Origin: the human T2T-CHM13v2.0 reference genome, Homo sapiens
NCBI RefSeq assembly: GCF_009914755.1
Contig: NC_060936.1
Length of the DNA: 64,000 bases
Direction: 5' to 3' (one strand)
The translations under genes were made by a program, and so were the position numbers. The notes below the pieces were generated by a model. It saw only the letters and a list, made by a program, of their open reading frames with translations, was not told the origin of the DNA and searched no databases. Each line of letters starts with the position of its first letter. Position 1 is the first letter of the stretch. This document shows, in pieces, positions 39,701-52,550 of the stretch.

Positions 39701-42029
39701 AGGAGGTGAGAATAGCACCGTGGCTTCGAGTGAGGCCCTTTTCTGCCCAGAGAGACTTGGATCATAGTTTGAAGAGGAAACCAGACACAGTAAAGCCTGA
39801 CTGGCTTCCTGGGGGCTGCACCTGGTTCTATTCTGATAAATGCATGGAAAGAACAAGGTCTTTCTCTGCCCAAGTTTCTCAAGTGTGAGCCAAGCCAACA
39901 CCCTTCCCTGTTCTTTGGGCAGACAAAGGAGAAACCCTATAGCCAAGGTCTGTAGAATGGGAGCAGAGTATTCCACCTACATTTTTTCAAGGTTTAAAAA
40001 GTATTGGTTCAAGGTTTCTTTTTTTAATTTTAAACTGCAGATTCCATATCTCTTTGGCTGATGTGATTTAAATTAATAGTGTGTCAAGGAGTCGAACCAG
40101 ATGACCAGTACAGAAATCCTGTCTATACTTTATTTCTCCCTTCCTCCTTCCCCTCCAATAGACATGTTGAATATATGTGCTCAGGGCAGAACAACAAGGA
40201 GGGACAGAAATTCAAGTGGCTCATATGTCTAGTGTGGGGAACAGCCATGTAGACATAGCGGAATATTGATCAAAGCACAGCACCTGGCACATGATAGAGT
40301 TTACTCAATATATTTGTGTCTAAAAAATAAAGGAAGGAAGAAAGAAATACATTCTCAGTGAGTTTGCTCACTCTGCTTTTTGAGGAAGCCTTGAAAACAA
40401 AATTGAATAATTCTATTAGGAAACTCTTTCTTCCCTCATTGAACTGAATCTTGCGTCCCTGTGTTTTTGTCCGCTGGCCCCTGGGCTGCCCTCTCTTCCT
40501 CTCAAAATTCTTTTCATCTTTGAGAGCCATCTCAAGTATCACCTTTATTTGCCTCTCTCCTCCCATATTTCCCTTCCTCTGTTAGCCAGGGAAGCAACCA
40601 AAATAATCTCTGCAAGATGCTCTGGGGAGTGAAAGTGTGGGTTCTGCTTGGCTGCCTTTGCCAATCCCCTTTATTGGGGTATTATTTTCTAGAGGCAAAG
40701 GTTCAAAGAAAAACACAGCTTAGATGCCCCTAACTGGCTGCTTCTGCACCATGGCCCACGCACATTACCCCTGCAATCCTACATGCCAATTGCAATGTAT
40801 CTTCTGTGGAAAGTGCAGTCCTTTACTCCCACGTGCACCCAAAATGCTAAGTGTAGTCTTCTCTCTTTGCTATGCTAGGCCTTTAAGAATTCTGCCATAT
40901 TTAGGAACAGTAAAATTTCACAATGAATGAGAGCAGCCATGAAACTTAAAGACCATCTCTATTTGTCCCAAAGTAAAAAGGGAAAGGGGCAAGCTGTCTA
41001 GCTGATAGCAGAGTGAAAGGTTTGTGACGGGGACTCTCGGCTGGATTTCTAAGTCTGGCCTGAGCATCTTCCTCTCAGGCTCTTCAATGTGACAAGACCT
41101 TTCTCTTCCCCATCTCCACTGTGGCCTTATATTCCCTTAGTAGAGTTTATGTCCACTGTCCTAGTTCTAAACCCAAGCTCTTAGCCCGTTTCTGATCGTC
41201 TAAATGTCAGTTTTTGCTCCTAGCAGCCCTTGTTAGTTTACTAGGTCACAAAGGTTTTTAAAATGAAATCAAACATTTTCAAGTTTATGAGGCTGAAGTT
41301 TCTTGGCTATAGATTGGTGACAGCAGCAGCAAAAATGGAATCAAGTTTTGAAAGTTGCTTTGAGGTCTTGAACAATTGTATCTGTAGTGATTTTACAACT
41401 ATGAGGGCATTTATTTTGAAGTTATTATTTGATGCCATAGGTTGGCCACTTACATTTTCTCAATCGATTTCTCTTCTAAGGTCTGGGTCTCAGCTCAGCA
41501 CAACAGTGGCAATCTTTAAAGTAGAGCAATATTGTGTAGTGTATCCATTTCCTGCCCTCTATTGCTTATAAATTTTTAACAGATAAAGCTAAAATGTGCC
41601 ACACTCAGAGACTGAGGAGGTAGCATCAGTTCAGGGAGGTCCGAAAAGACAGAGAGGCCCCTTCTCTTTCCCTGCCCCCAAACATGGCTGGGGCAGTGTT
41701 TTCCTTCCTCTCCGTAGAACACCGCACCCCCAATACATGAACCCTAAGTAATAAGACAGTGGGAGTCAGACACTTTGTGGCTCTCACCAGCACATAAAGT
41801 GCTCTGAGTTTTGGGCTTTGCCTGAGTTGACATGTTGAAGACTTGGTGTGTGGCAGAGCAGCAGGGAAAGAAAGAGCTAAACCGAGCACTGTTTTAACTA
41901 TTTGCCACATGGCCTGGAGAAGATCCCACAGAAATATTAACCATCCTGCTCTTTAAAATTTCAGTTTTCCATTTTGGTGTCTCCTCCCTTGCAAAGGTTT
42001 TCTCAGCTCTTTATTGGCACGGGGAAAAA

Positions 42030-43615
42030 CCTAATCTATATGCTGATGATTCTCCAATTGCTGTCTGCATTCCAGACCTCGAACTGCCTCATGACATTCC
42101 CGTTGGATGACTGATGAGTAGCTCAAATTTAACATGATCAACACTAAGATGCTGAGAGCCCCCATACTTGTTGCTTTTAAATGCCAATTTTTTAAAAATA
42201 CTGTTTAGTAAATGCTAACTCCAACCTGCTGGTTGCTGAGGACTAAAACCTGATGACTTCCTGAAGTTTCTCTTTCTCTTGCGTTCAACATTGGCTACAA
42301 CTGCAAATCTTATTAGCTCTACATTCAAATCATATCCAAACTCTGACATTTCCCCCTGCCTCTGTTGCTGCCATCCTCATTCAAGCCACCATCCTTTATA
42401 GCTTGGGTTATTGTAATAGGCTCCCACCCAATTCTCCTGCTTCCACCCTACATCCTATTCACAGCAAAGCAGATAGAGTGATCCTTTCCAAATTAAGTCA
42501 GACTGTGACCCTCCTCTGCTTAAAATCTACCTGTGGGACCTAAAAGGCCCTATGTAAGTTGTCCTTTGTCTCCCTGACATTACCTCCTACCACTGCGCCC
42601 CTTGCTGGCCCCACTCCAGCCTCTCTGACTTCTTTGCTGTGTGCAAACATGCAGGATGCTTTCCTCAATGCCTCAATGCCTCTCATTTGCTTTTCCCTCT
42701 TATCAGAATGCTCTTCTTCCAGGAATCTGAGTGTTTTGCTCCCTCATTTCCTTCAGATCTTACTAGAAGGTTATTTCCTCATCAGCAAGGCCTTCTGTCA
42801 TCATCCTAACTAAATTGTGCCCCCACAGAATAGTTCTCATTCTGCCTTTCCATTTTGTATTCTCCTCTTGGGACTTACCATCACCTGGCATACTGCAAAG
42901 GCGGGCTATTGCTGAGTAACAAACTACCCCCAAACCAGTGGCTTAAAACAAGAGTCATTTATTTTCCCACTAAATCATCTGGAAGTTGGCTGAGGATTAG
43001 GCAACCCAGGCTGGGTTCGGCTTCCTACTCTGCTTCCAGCTGCAGGTGCCTCTGGCCTGGCCTCCTGTCTGCAGGAAAGGCTCTGGTGGGCTCTGTGATG
43101 TCATTCTGGGCCCCAAGCAGAAGAAGAAGCAGCTACCCAGGGAAAGCCCCTCCCATGTGATGGTGGAGGTGCCAGACAAGCCCACTCTGCACACTTTGAA
43201 GACATCTTCAGCCTTCTCTAGTAATGATAGCATGTCTACGATCAACATTTTTTTTACGATGTGTTTATTGTCCCATTCTTGTCTTGAGATGAAATGTTTA
43301 TGTTTGTCAGTTAGAACCCCCTCCCATGGCTCCCTCTGTTACTTTTTTTGTTCAAATATCACCCCTTCAGAGTGATTTTCTCTGACAACTGTCTTTAGCA
43401 TAGCATACCTCGCTCTTTATCTCCCTATGCTGCTGTATTTTAACATAGCATTTCTCTCTACATTACAGTAAATATTTATTTGCTTGTTTCTTCTGTCTCT
43501 CCTACAAGAATATAAGCTTTGTGAGGGTAGAGACTTTGTCTTGTTCATGGCTGAATTCTCAACACTAGAAGGAGAGCCTAGAAGGCTTTCAATAAAAATT
43601 GCTAAATAAATGGTA
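42030..43615 (+). mobile_element. L2 relic interrupted by an MLT1 LTR fragment (about 42900-43240, - strand)
   Basis: tatatgctgatgattctccaat...ctcaaatttaacatg...; 3' end taagctttgtgagggtagagactttgtcttgttca...caataaaaattgc; insert gctattgctgagtaacaaactaccccaaa...ggcttaaaacaa. Confidence 0.7.
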
Positions 43616-44229
43616 GACCAATGATAAAAGAGGTCTAAGATTGTGTCAGAGGAGCAGCTGGAGGAGAGAAGTTTGTCCCTGAATCATGTGGTATTATCCT
43701 GCAATATGCATTTATTCAGGGCAAAGCTGTTTTTGACACAACATCAACAAATTCTGCATTTGGGGTTTTTTAATTTGCTCATAAAACCCTGTCTGTGCTC
43801 CTGTAAGAGAATCTCTAAATATTTCTTGATAATGCATGTGATGTTTTGATTATTTCTGAAGCCATTCTCTGAGCCTGTAATATATCCGTACCTCTTGTCT
43901 GCAGATACTTTGAAAGTGGTGGAATTGAGCTAAAAATATTCAGAAGTAGCTAAGCAGTCAGACTGGATTCAACCTTGCATACTGACTGCTTTTTTTGTCT
44001 TATCCTTACATCTGGTATCAAAACAAAAATCTTTAACATGGGAAGATATTCTAGTCCAAAAGAAATCTATTACTGTTACAGATAATGAAGAAGGCAGCTT
44101 TTAAAAACACCCAATGTTCTCTAACCTATCGCTCCAGTCACCCACCTTGATTCTACAATGAGAATGTTATAATTAATTTCATCCCAAATAGCCTACTTTT
44201 AGATAATTTAGAAATAAAATAATTTTTAA

Positions 44230-44430
44230 AATCTCACATATTTGTATAGTGTTTGTCTTTTTTCAGAGCACTTTTACATCACATATTTTTCCTTATAAGG
44301 CTAAATGGGCATGTCCATTCCCATTAGACATTGGAAAAGCCAGGCACAGAGGGGTCAGATGACATCCTGAAGTCACTTGGCTAACTAGTGAGTAAGTCAG
44401 TGCAAAATCTCCAGCCTTCTGTGCTGTGCA
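44230..44430 (-). mobile_element. MIR SINE (degenerate)
   Basis: cccattagacattggaaaagccaggcacagaggggtcagatgac...aagtcac...ctagtgagt. Confidence 0.55.
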
Positions 44431-45999
44431 AATTTCAAAAGTTAAATGTTAACTTTCCAGATTTGAAAACATATCAGTAAGCTTAAAAAAGTAAACTTAA
44501 AAGGAATAAAAAAGTGTCCTAGGCAAGTCTACGAGACTGGGGTGATCTACGTTAGGTCCTCTTTTCCCTGCCCATTGCGATACTTACGAAAATGAAGCCA
44601 GGACAGTTTTAATGGGATAGGGTGGGCACAGAAGGGTGGTGTGAAATATGAGGGAAATGTGTGTGAGGGGAGAAAGCTTTGCTCGATAGTATATATAAGA
44701 CAGGAATATGTGTGATAATGTTCTAGCGCTGCCTTTGCCAACCCTGTCTTTCTCAGGCTGCCTCCAACAGGAGCTTAGTCCTGTGGAGTACTGGAGCCAA
44801 TACTGCCCAGAGTGTCAGCCACATTGTTCTTCCCAATGGTGAGGTCTAGAATTTGCTGTCATGGATCAGGTATCTGATATGAGCTATGAGCAGCCATATA
44901 CCCCATGAAGTCCTTGCCCTCTTTTGACCCCTGCAGCAGTGGGTTCATATGACTGAGTTTCTATTTGGAGCCCCATCCTGAATATCAGACCATTTGTCTG
45001 GGATCCTGATGCTGCAACTAGGCCCTACTAGCTCATCCCCTGATGGAGTGGCTGGGTTTTCTTTCTGTAGACTCAGGCACTGGTTGAGAACATGAATGGG
45101 TTGATCACTGCTCATGAGATTACCACTGCCTAACTCACTTTACACGTGACCTCCAGTGCTTACTGCTGGAACCTCCATGCCTTACATTCTACCTGGAGCA
45201 TAGTAGAGAGTCAATGAATAAGTGAGTGAAGAAACAAACATTGGATTCCTGTGTCCATTCAGGGGAGAGAGCTTTTTTAGATAGGACAGCTGTCTGGACA
45301 AAACCTGAATTACATCATCCTTTTAGATGATGAGTCTTGTGTTCTCCACCTGCCCCCATGGGGCCCATGTGCAGCTAATTCAGTATTCCCACTTCTGGAC
45401 TCATGGGCAGGTATGTACCTTACAGGGATCTCCCATTCTCTCTCCCCTTTGCCAAACATGCTGCCCATGCTCCCTACCTCCACTGCTTGACAGTGAGTAG
45501 AAAGACAGTCTCTGTCCACTTATGGGGACTGTGAAGGCCATTTCAAAAACCAACAAGTGTACCCTTCCTAAATGGATTCTAAAAATGCTTTTTGAGGAGA
45601 AGGAAGGAGAAATCTCTGGCTCATGCTCAAGATTTTGAAAGCAGAATTAGACTTGGCAGTAAGAAAAATTCAATTCCATTTAACAGAGATTTATTTATTT
45701 TTAAAGTACTTTTACATGCCTGGAACCACAGGGATGAAAAAGAGGAGTCAGTCATGGACTCTGCTCTCTAGGGATTAACAATCTAGTGACTGGAGGAGAC
45801 CCAATAATAATTGAGGTAGGCGCAGTAGTTCTAGTTCCAGACAGATTTAGCAAGTGCTATCGTGGGGAAAGGGCAGAACCTGTGGGGTTCAGTGGTTATA
45901 TATTTCTGGAAGACTGAGGAAATGAGGAGTCCTGGAGTGCTGTAGCTTGTCCTTGGTGTCTTCTCACTTTCTTGGGGGAGAGTCTCTCTTTTAAATAAA

Positions 46000-46550
46000 A
46001 TGAAATTTAATTTAATTTTTTGATTAGTTAATACATTCTAATGTTCAAAACCCGAAATAATTTCATCAGACATACATTAAGAAGCCTTGCTGTCACCACG
46101 TTCCCATTCAGACCATTTCCTCCACTCCTCCTCCTGTTGCCTCCACTCCTATTCCACTCCATTCCCTCCACTCCTGCATGCATTTCTATCAATTTCTTGC
46201 ATATTCTTCCAGGGCTACTTTATGTAAACAAAGCAGATAAGAATAGGTATTTTTATTCCATCCCTTTTCTTACACAAAATTTATGATATTATACATGGAG
46301 TCTCCATCTTGCTTTTATTCCTTTATGATAAATCCCAGAGATGATTCCACATTAACAAATAAAGAGTTCCTTCATTCTTTTGTAAAAATGCATAGAAAGT
46401 CTTCTGATTTCTTTAACCAATCCCCTGTAGGTGGACACTTGAAGTGCTTCCAATTGTCTGCTATTAAAAATATTGTTGCACAAACCTTTACATACATGAT
46501 TTTATATGTGTTCAAGTGTGTCTGTAGGCCAAATACCCAAGTGCAGCTAC
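46000..46550 (-). mobile_element. Old L1ME-like 3' fragment
   Basis: tttaaccaatcccctgtaggtggacacttgaagtgcttccaattgtctgctatta. Confidence 0.6.
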
Positions 46551-46893
46551 TCTGAGACCTGTTCCCTCACTTTTTCTTTTCAAAGCAAGCTTATCATTAT
46601 GCCCAGTTTCAGGGAGATTTGTTTTGTCACAGAGACTCTCAAAGACCAAAGGAATGGGTCTCTTATGGTTGGATTCCAGTTTTGGGAGGCTGTATTAGGT
46701 GGGTTTTTAAGACAAATTAAGACATATAGAAGTCACTTATTGTGACAGGATCTGCTAATATGATTGACTGTAGTATCAGATTTTGATTTCCAAGTCCATC
46801 AATATTTGCTTTGGCCCAGGTAGTGGCTTTCTCTGCCCTCATTAATCTGTTTAGCTGACAAATGTTTATTGGCACTTACTAGATCTCTGGTTG

Positions 46894-47420
46894 TGATAGA
46901 CACGGAGTTAGTGTGCACATGAGAGAGGTTAGCCAGCTCACTTTAGGCAGAGAGTAAGGGAAGGGTCCCCAGAGAAACTCTGACCCACCCAGGTCATTGC
47001 CCAATCCACACATACCACACGAGGGCTTACACCAGATGTTTTGTGCAGATAAAGGAACATGCACGGGGACTTGCCTAAATTCCGCCTCTTGACACATGTG
47101 CAGTAAGGGAAATAAATCAATATGTAGTAACTCAGGCTAAGAGCCTGCATACGCACTGGAAAGATGGGGTGGAGCCACCAGGAATTTGCACCTTGTGCAA
47201 ATAAGGAACCCAGCCCCATCAGCTTTTCTATAAAAGCCCTTGTATTCAATTGTAAAATGACAACCTGCTTTCAGGAACCCTCTCTTTGCTGAGAGCTTTC
47301 CTTTTGCTTAATAAATTCTACTCTGCCTACTCACTCTCCAGTGCCTGTGTGCCTAATTCTTCCTTGTTGTGGGACAAGAACTTGGACCTAGCTGAGTTAA
47401 GGAGCAGGAAGACCGCAACA
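46894..47420 (+). mobile_element. ERV1 solo LTR (MER61/LTR27-related)
   Basis: TG...CA termini; TSD ggttg / ggctg; ttttgtgcagataaaggaac, ggggtggagccaccaggaatt; TATA (ctataaaag) and AATAAA in LTR order. Confidence 0.75.
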
Positions 47421-48169
47421 GGCTGATACTTGGTCTGGTCCCTGTACTCTGTCTCATAATTCATACGGAGGTGTAAACAGCCAGCTACATGGTCAGCATG
47501 GCAGGCATTGCTATAAACATATGTACAGGTTGAGCCTGCCTCAGCAGCCCTGCCTGCCCTGTGTGTGTTCTCAGACACTAAGGGGGATCCCTCACTGCCA
47601 CTTGCCATATGCTCCCCACAAAGCACAGAAATTGGAGTCTGAAAACCTGGATTTTGGTTTAATCTATGTTACTTATTAGTGTGTAGCTTTTCTGAATACC
47701 AAAACCTTCATTTGGAATGTAAAGTGAGTATCCAATGATATAAACGTTTGAAAGTGCTCTTTAAATTACTGTTCACATCTTTCTTCCCCAGGAAAGAGCA
47801 CTGTGAGAACAATCAAAGGCTGCGGGAATAATTTTAGTGGTAATTATAATATTTGTCTCTGGACCTTCAGAAGCTCTCAATCCCTTCCCTTTTCCAGGTG
47901 GATTTGTCTGGGTCACAAGCAATTAAAGGCAACCTACAAAATTCTCCTGCAACAGCTGTCAGTGCAGTTTCTCTGCTCTACCAGGTGATGGGCTTGGCAT
48001 GCTGCTTATGGATGGAGGCACCAATGTTGGCCTGCCTGTCATTGTTACTGTCAGTGTTGACTTCATTACTGTTGAGCCACTGAGCTGACAATCTTGCTTT
48101 CACCAGCTTTGGGAGGGCCTTTTAAGATGACATCCCTGGGAAGTATGCCAGAGCTATAAGCGTTGTACC

Positions 48170-48361
48170 ACTCATGCCTATAATCCCAGCACTTTGGGAG
48201 GCCGAGGTGAGTGGACCACAAAATCAGGAGTTCGAGACCAGCCTGGCCAAGATGGTGATCACTTGAACCTGGGAGGCAGAGGTTTAAGTGAGCTGAGATC
48301 GCACCACTGCACTCTAGCCTGGGCAACAGAGCAAGACTGAACCAAAAAAAAAAAAAAAAAA
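48170..48361 (+). mobile_element. AluS, 5'-truncated with an internal deletion
   Basis: ctcatgcctataatcccagc...gatggtga|tcacttgaacc...A tail; TSD ttgtacc (48163-48169, 48362-48368). Confidence 0.9.
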
Positions 48362-48428
48362 TTGTACCCAAAGTATTCCTGCATGTAGATGGTATGCCAG
48401 TGTCAGCACACGGTCAGAGTCAGGCATC

Positions 48429-48863
48429 TGTATTAGCCAGGGTGAGGTCAGGAAAAGAAAGTCCAGGCCAGGGAGTTTGATAGAAAACATAGAGTATGGG
48501 GAGCTCATCTTAAAGTGTTGGAAGAGCTGAAAAGTCAATTTGAGGATAATGAGACAAGTCAGAAATTAGCAACATCAACAACCTGCTACCATCCCTAGCA
48601 TTAGAGGCAAAGGGGTGGAGGTAGTTCTATTAGAGTCCAAGAGACAGACCTGCTGGATCACAGAGGAGGCCCAGCCCACTGATGAGGCTGCATGCCATGC
48701 CTGAGGCAGAGGGAGGGAGATATTTCCTGTCCTCTCCTTTCCTCTTGTCTCCAGTTTCCTGCTAGTGCCTTCCAGGAGCAGAACCTAGTGAGAAGTCAAT
48801 TGCATATTTGCCAGAGAAAATTAGGGAATGAGCTTGAGAGAGGATAGGAAAATGACCAGCACA
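48429..48863 (-). mobile_element. Old ERVL-type solo LTR (subfamily uncertain)
   Basis: tgtattagccaggg...aaatgaccagcaca termini. Confidence 0.45.
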
Positions 48864-49359
48864 GAATCTCCACTCACTCTTAGAAAGTGTTCCCACTAAG
48901 TGGAAGAAGGTTGCCTATAACCTTCCTCTTATTCCTGAGGCCGAATTCTTGTCTGGAGGCCTGACTATATGTTTTCAAATTCTTTATCACAGCATTCTTT
49001 TTTCAAGGCCTATTGTGTCCCTGCCAGGAGTTCCTGGCAGTTTCTACCTGGGACCATCAATCTGTGTTATTCTACTCATTCTCCTTGACACCTACAATTA
49101 TCTAGCCAGCCTTTGCCTCAGGGGCTTGGTTGGATGCAGAAGTTAGAAAGGCAGAGCTGGAATCAACAGGTCACATAAGAAGTCAGTCCCATTAACTCTC
49201 TTTGAATCATAGAGAAGCCAGATAATTCTGAGAAGGAAAAGCTGATTGACTGCAGAGGTCTCACATTGGTTATCACCATCAGACCCAGCGCTCCTCCCCC
49301 GGGTTACAGGAAAATCTCCCTGAATAGCTTTACCATTTAGCCACTATCTTTTAGTCTTG

Positions 49360-49510
49360 ATTAGACTTATAGAAGTGGAGAACTAGAAATGTTGTTAGAA
49401 ATCCTCAATCTCAACATTTTATTCTCCTTCATTTTAGAAACAGCAAAAATCAGGTCCAGGGGGGTTAAGTGACACGATCAAGATCACATAACGAGTTAGT
49501 GATGTGAACT
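49360..49510 (-). mobile_element. MIR SINE
   Basis: ttcattttagaaacagcaaaaatcaggtccagggggggttaagtgac...caagatcaca. Confidence 0.6.
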
Positions 49511-50775
49511 GATTTTAAAACAACCCTTTTTCATCTGCCTGAGCCAACTTCACTTCAGCTCCATATTGATTCACCGTCTTAATACATTCTTGTGAAAATA
49601 TTTAAACAGTTCTCCTCCTACGACTTCAGAATATCTCGGTGTTGAAGATCAGTTTAGATAGCCTTCTGGGTTTCTGCTGCAGATCACATTCAGCAGATTT
49701 TTTTTCCTTCCCTGCTGCCTTCACCTCACCTGATACAAATTATTCTGAATTTCAGAATATGTTAATTGAGCTCAGGTTCAAACTGGCCTGTGACTTGCAC
49801 TATTAGAGGGAGGGGTTGTGTTGCTTTCCTTCTCCCCATTGTTTGCGATTCAAGCAGGCATGGGCTCTTTTTGTGAGAAGAAGTTCTGCAACTTTCTTAC
49901 TAGTAAAGTAAAATGGAAAACCAATACTCTCATTTTCACTGTAGGTTTTATTTCCCTGGTGATACATGAAGAAATTGGTTCAGTGAAGACACCAACTTTC
50001 CAGAAGTATGAAAATCTTCAGACTCCGGGCCCATGGGAGCCCACAGAGGGTGTGGTCAAGAAAAGGAGGCAAGCCTCCGTCCTTGGTAGAGGGCCGATTG
50101 CTGAAGGCTTCTCACCAGCTTCAGGACACTGGTTTCTGAAGTTCAGTTTCTATCTCAATAGGGGAGGAGAGAAAAGCAAAGAAGCCAAGAGGATAAAGAT
50201 GGAAAGAAAGGAGGAGGAAGGATGTAAGGGAGACAGAGAACAAAGGAAGGAAGGAAATGAAAGAAAATGCTCCCATAGGATCAAAGTGGCCATGGGAAAA
50301 TAGGAATTTAAAAAGGGGGCCGTGTGTCAGGCAGAAGTGCATTTAATGAAAATAGGACACTTTTTTGGGGGTTGGAGTGGTCAGCAGCATGAAGGTTAAT
50401 TATTTTTATCTGTGTGAGATAATCAGACTCAGGCCACATTTCTGTGGCTGCAAAGAAATCAGAGTGCTCCAAAGACTAGGTCAGTCCAGTTTGCAGATGC
50501 GGGGACTAACATATTAAGTTCTTCAGTGGAATAGAAGGTGAGAATGGGGAAGGAGGGAGCAGGAGGAAGAGAGGAGAGCTGTCTTAATACTCTGAGGTGA
50601 ACGGGCTCTTGCGCATTGCGCATACCAGGTGCTCAGTAAGCACTTGCTAATCTTTAATTCTTCCCTTTCCTATTTGTTCAGATGCAGTCACAGTGACACC
50701 AATTTAGAAATACACACAAAGATGCATTCATATATATTTTTTTAGTTGTTGTGGTCAGTACTTGGTTGAAAATTA

Positions 50776-51099
<324 letters not shown>

Positions 51100-51220
51100 T
51101 CATCAAGGTTAGGGGGTAGAGGAGGAGTAAGTGGGAGGGAAAATTTCATGTGTTAACATAAAGGTAGGAAGGTGTTGCTCTTCCAAGAGATAGTGGAAAA
51201 GAAGAAATCTTCCAGAGTAG

Positions 51221-51611
<391 letters not shown>

Positions 51612-52179
51612 CCATGGTTTGATGTTTTCAAGGCACTTTGTAATTACTTTTGTTGGTGGGGCTATTGGTCATGATGTTCTAACTGGACTCTCTCTTGGAA
51701 CTTGGAATCATTAATGGATGTAAAGAAAAAAGTTGGATCTAATTTATCCCATGGCTGTACCCTAAGGAGACCACCAATTATTGCCTGTTACTTGGATTCC
51801 CAGGGATGTCCTGGCTTCTGCCCTTCTTGAATCTGTTTGACACTTTCATACATTTCTGCCAGTTTGGGAGTTCTGCCCATTTTTCTGGTATGTTTGCTCT
51901 ATCTCTTTTTTTTTTACTTAAGATAGGAAGAATCTGTTTCTGTTGCTTTTAGTCAAAAGACCTTGAAACAAACAATAGATGCTCAACCTTGCTATCAAAC
52001 CATTGGCTTTCTCCATCAGATCTTTTGAATCTCTAGCTTCTCCAGTTATAAATACTTGCTAAACCTGAAATAGATTGAGATCACCTCGGTCTAATGATGC
52101 CTCTAACAAGCCCTGGACTCTCTCAAAGCCTTGAATGAGCCATTCATTCTACCCTGTTAGGCTACAGAAGGTTTATAAA

Positions 52180-52550
52180 CAGCAGTGAGCTGAATGTTTG
52201 TTCCCCCACCAAATTGTATGTTAAAACTCTAATCCCAAAGTGGTGGTATTTGGAGGTGGGGCCTTTGAGATCTGATTAGGTCATGAGACTGAAGCCCTCA
52301 TGAATGAGATTAATGCCCTTATAAGATGAGACCAGAGAGATACACAGCTGTCTTTCTGCCATGTGAGGACACAGCAAGAAGACAATTGTCTATAAACCAA
52401 GAAAACCAAAACCAAAATCACCAAAAACCCTACTATGCTGGCACCTGGATCTCAGATTTCCAAACTCCACAACTGTGAGAAATAAGTGTTTGTTGCTTAG
52501 GTCACCCAGTTTATGGTATTTTGTTACAGCACCCTGAGCTGACTGAGATG
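52180..52550 (+). mobile_element. MLT1A-type MaLR solo LTR
   Basis: ctgaatgtttgttcccc...ggaggtggggcctttg...aactgtgagaaataag...ttatggtattttgttacagca. Confidence 0.85.

Noticed and set aside
49818-50303. 161-aa ORF with an internal acceptor-like site (ctcattttcactgtAG)
   Set aside because: GTG start, low-complexity purine-rich tail, no recognisable homology and no supporting exon chain
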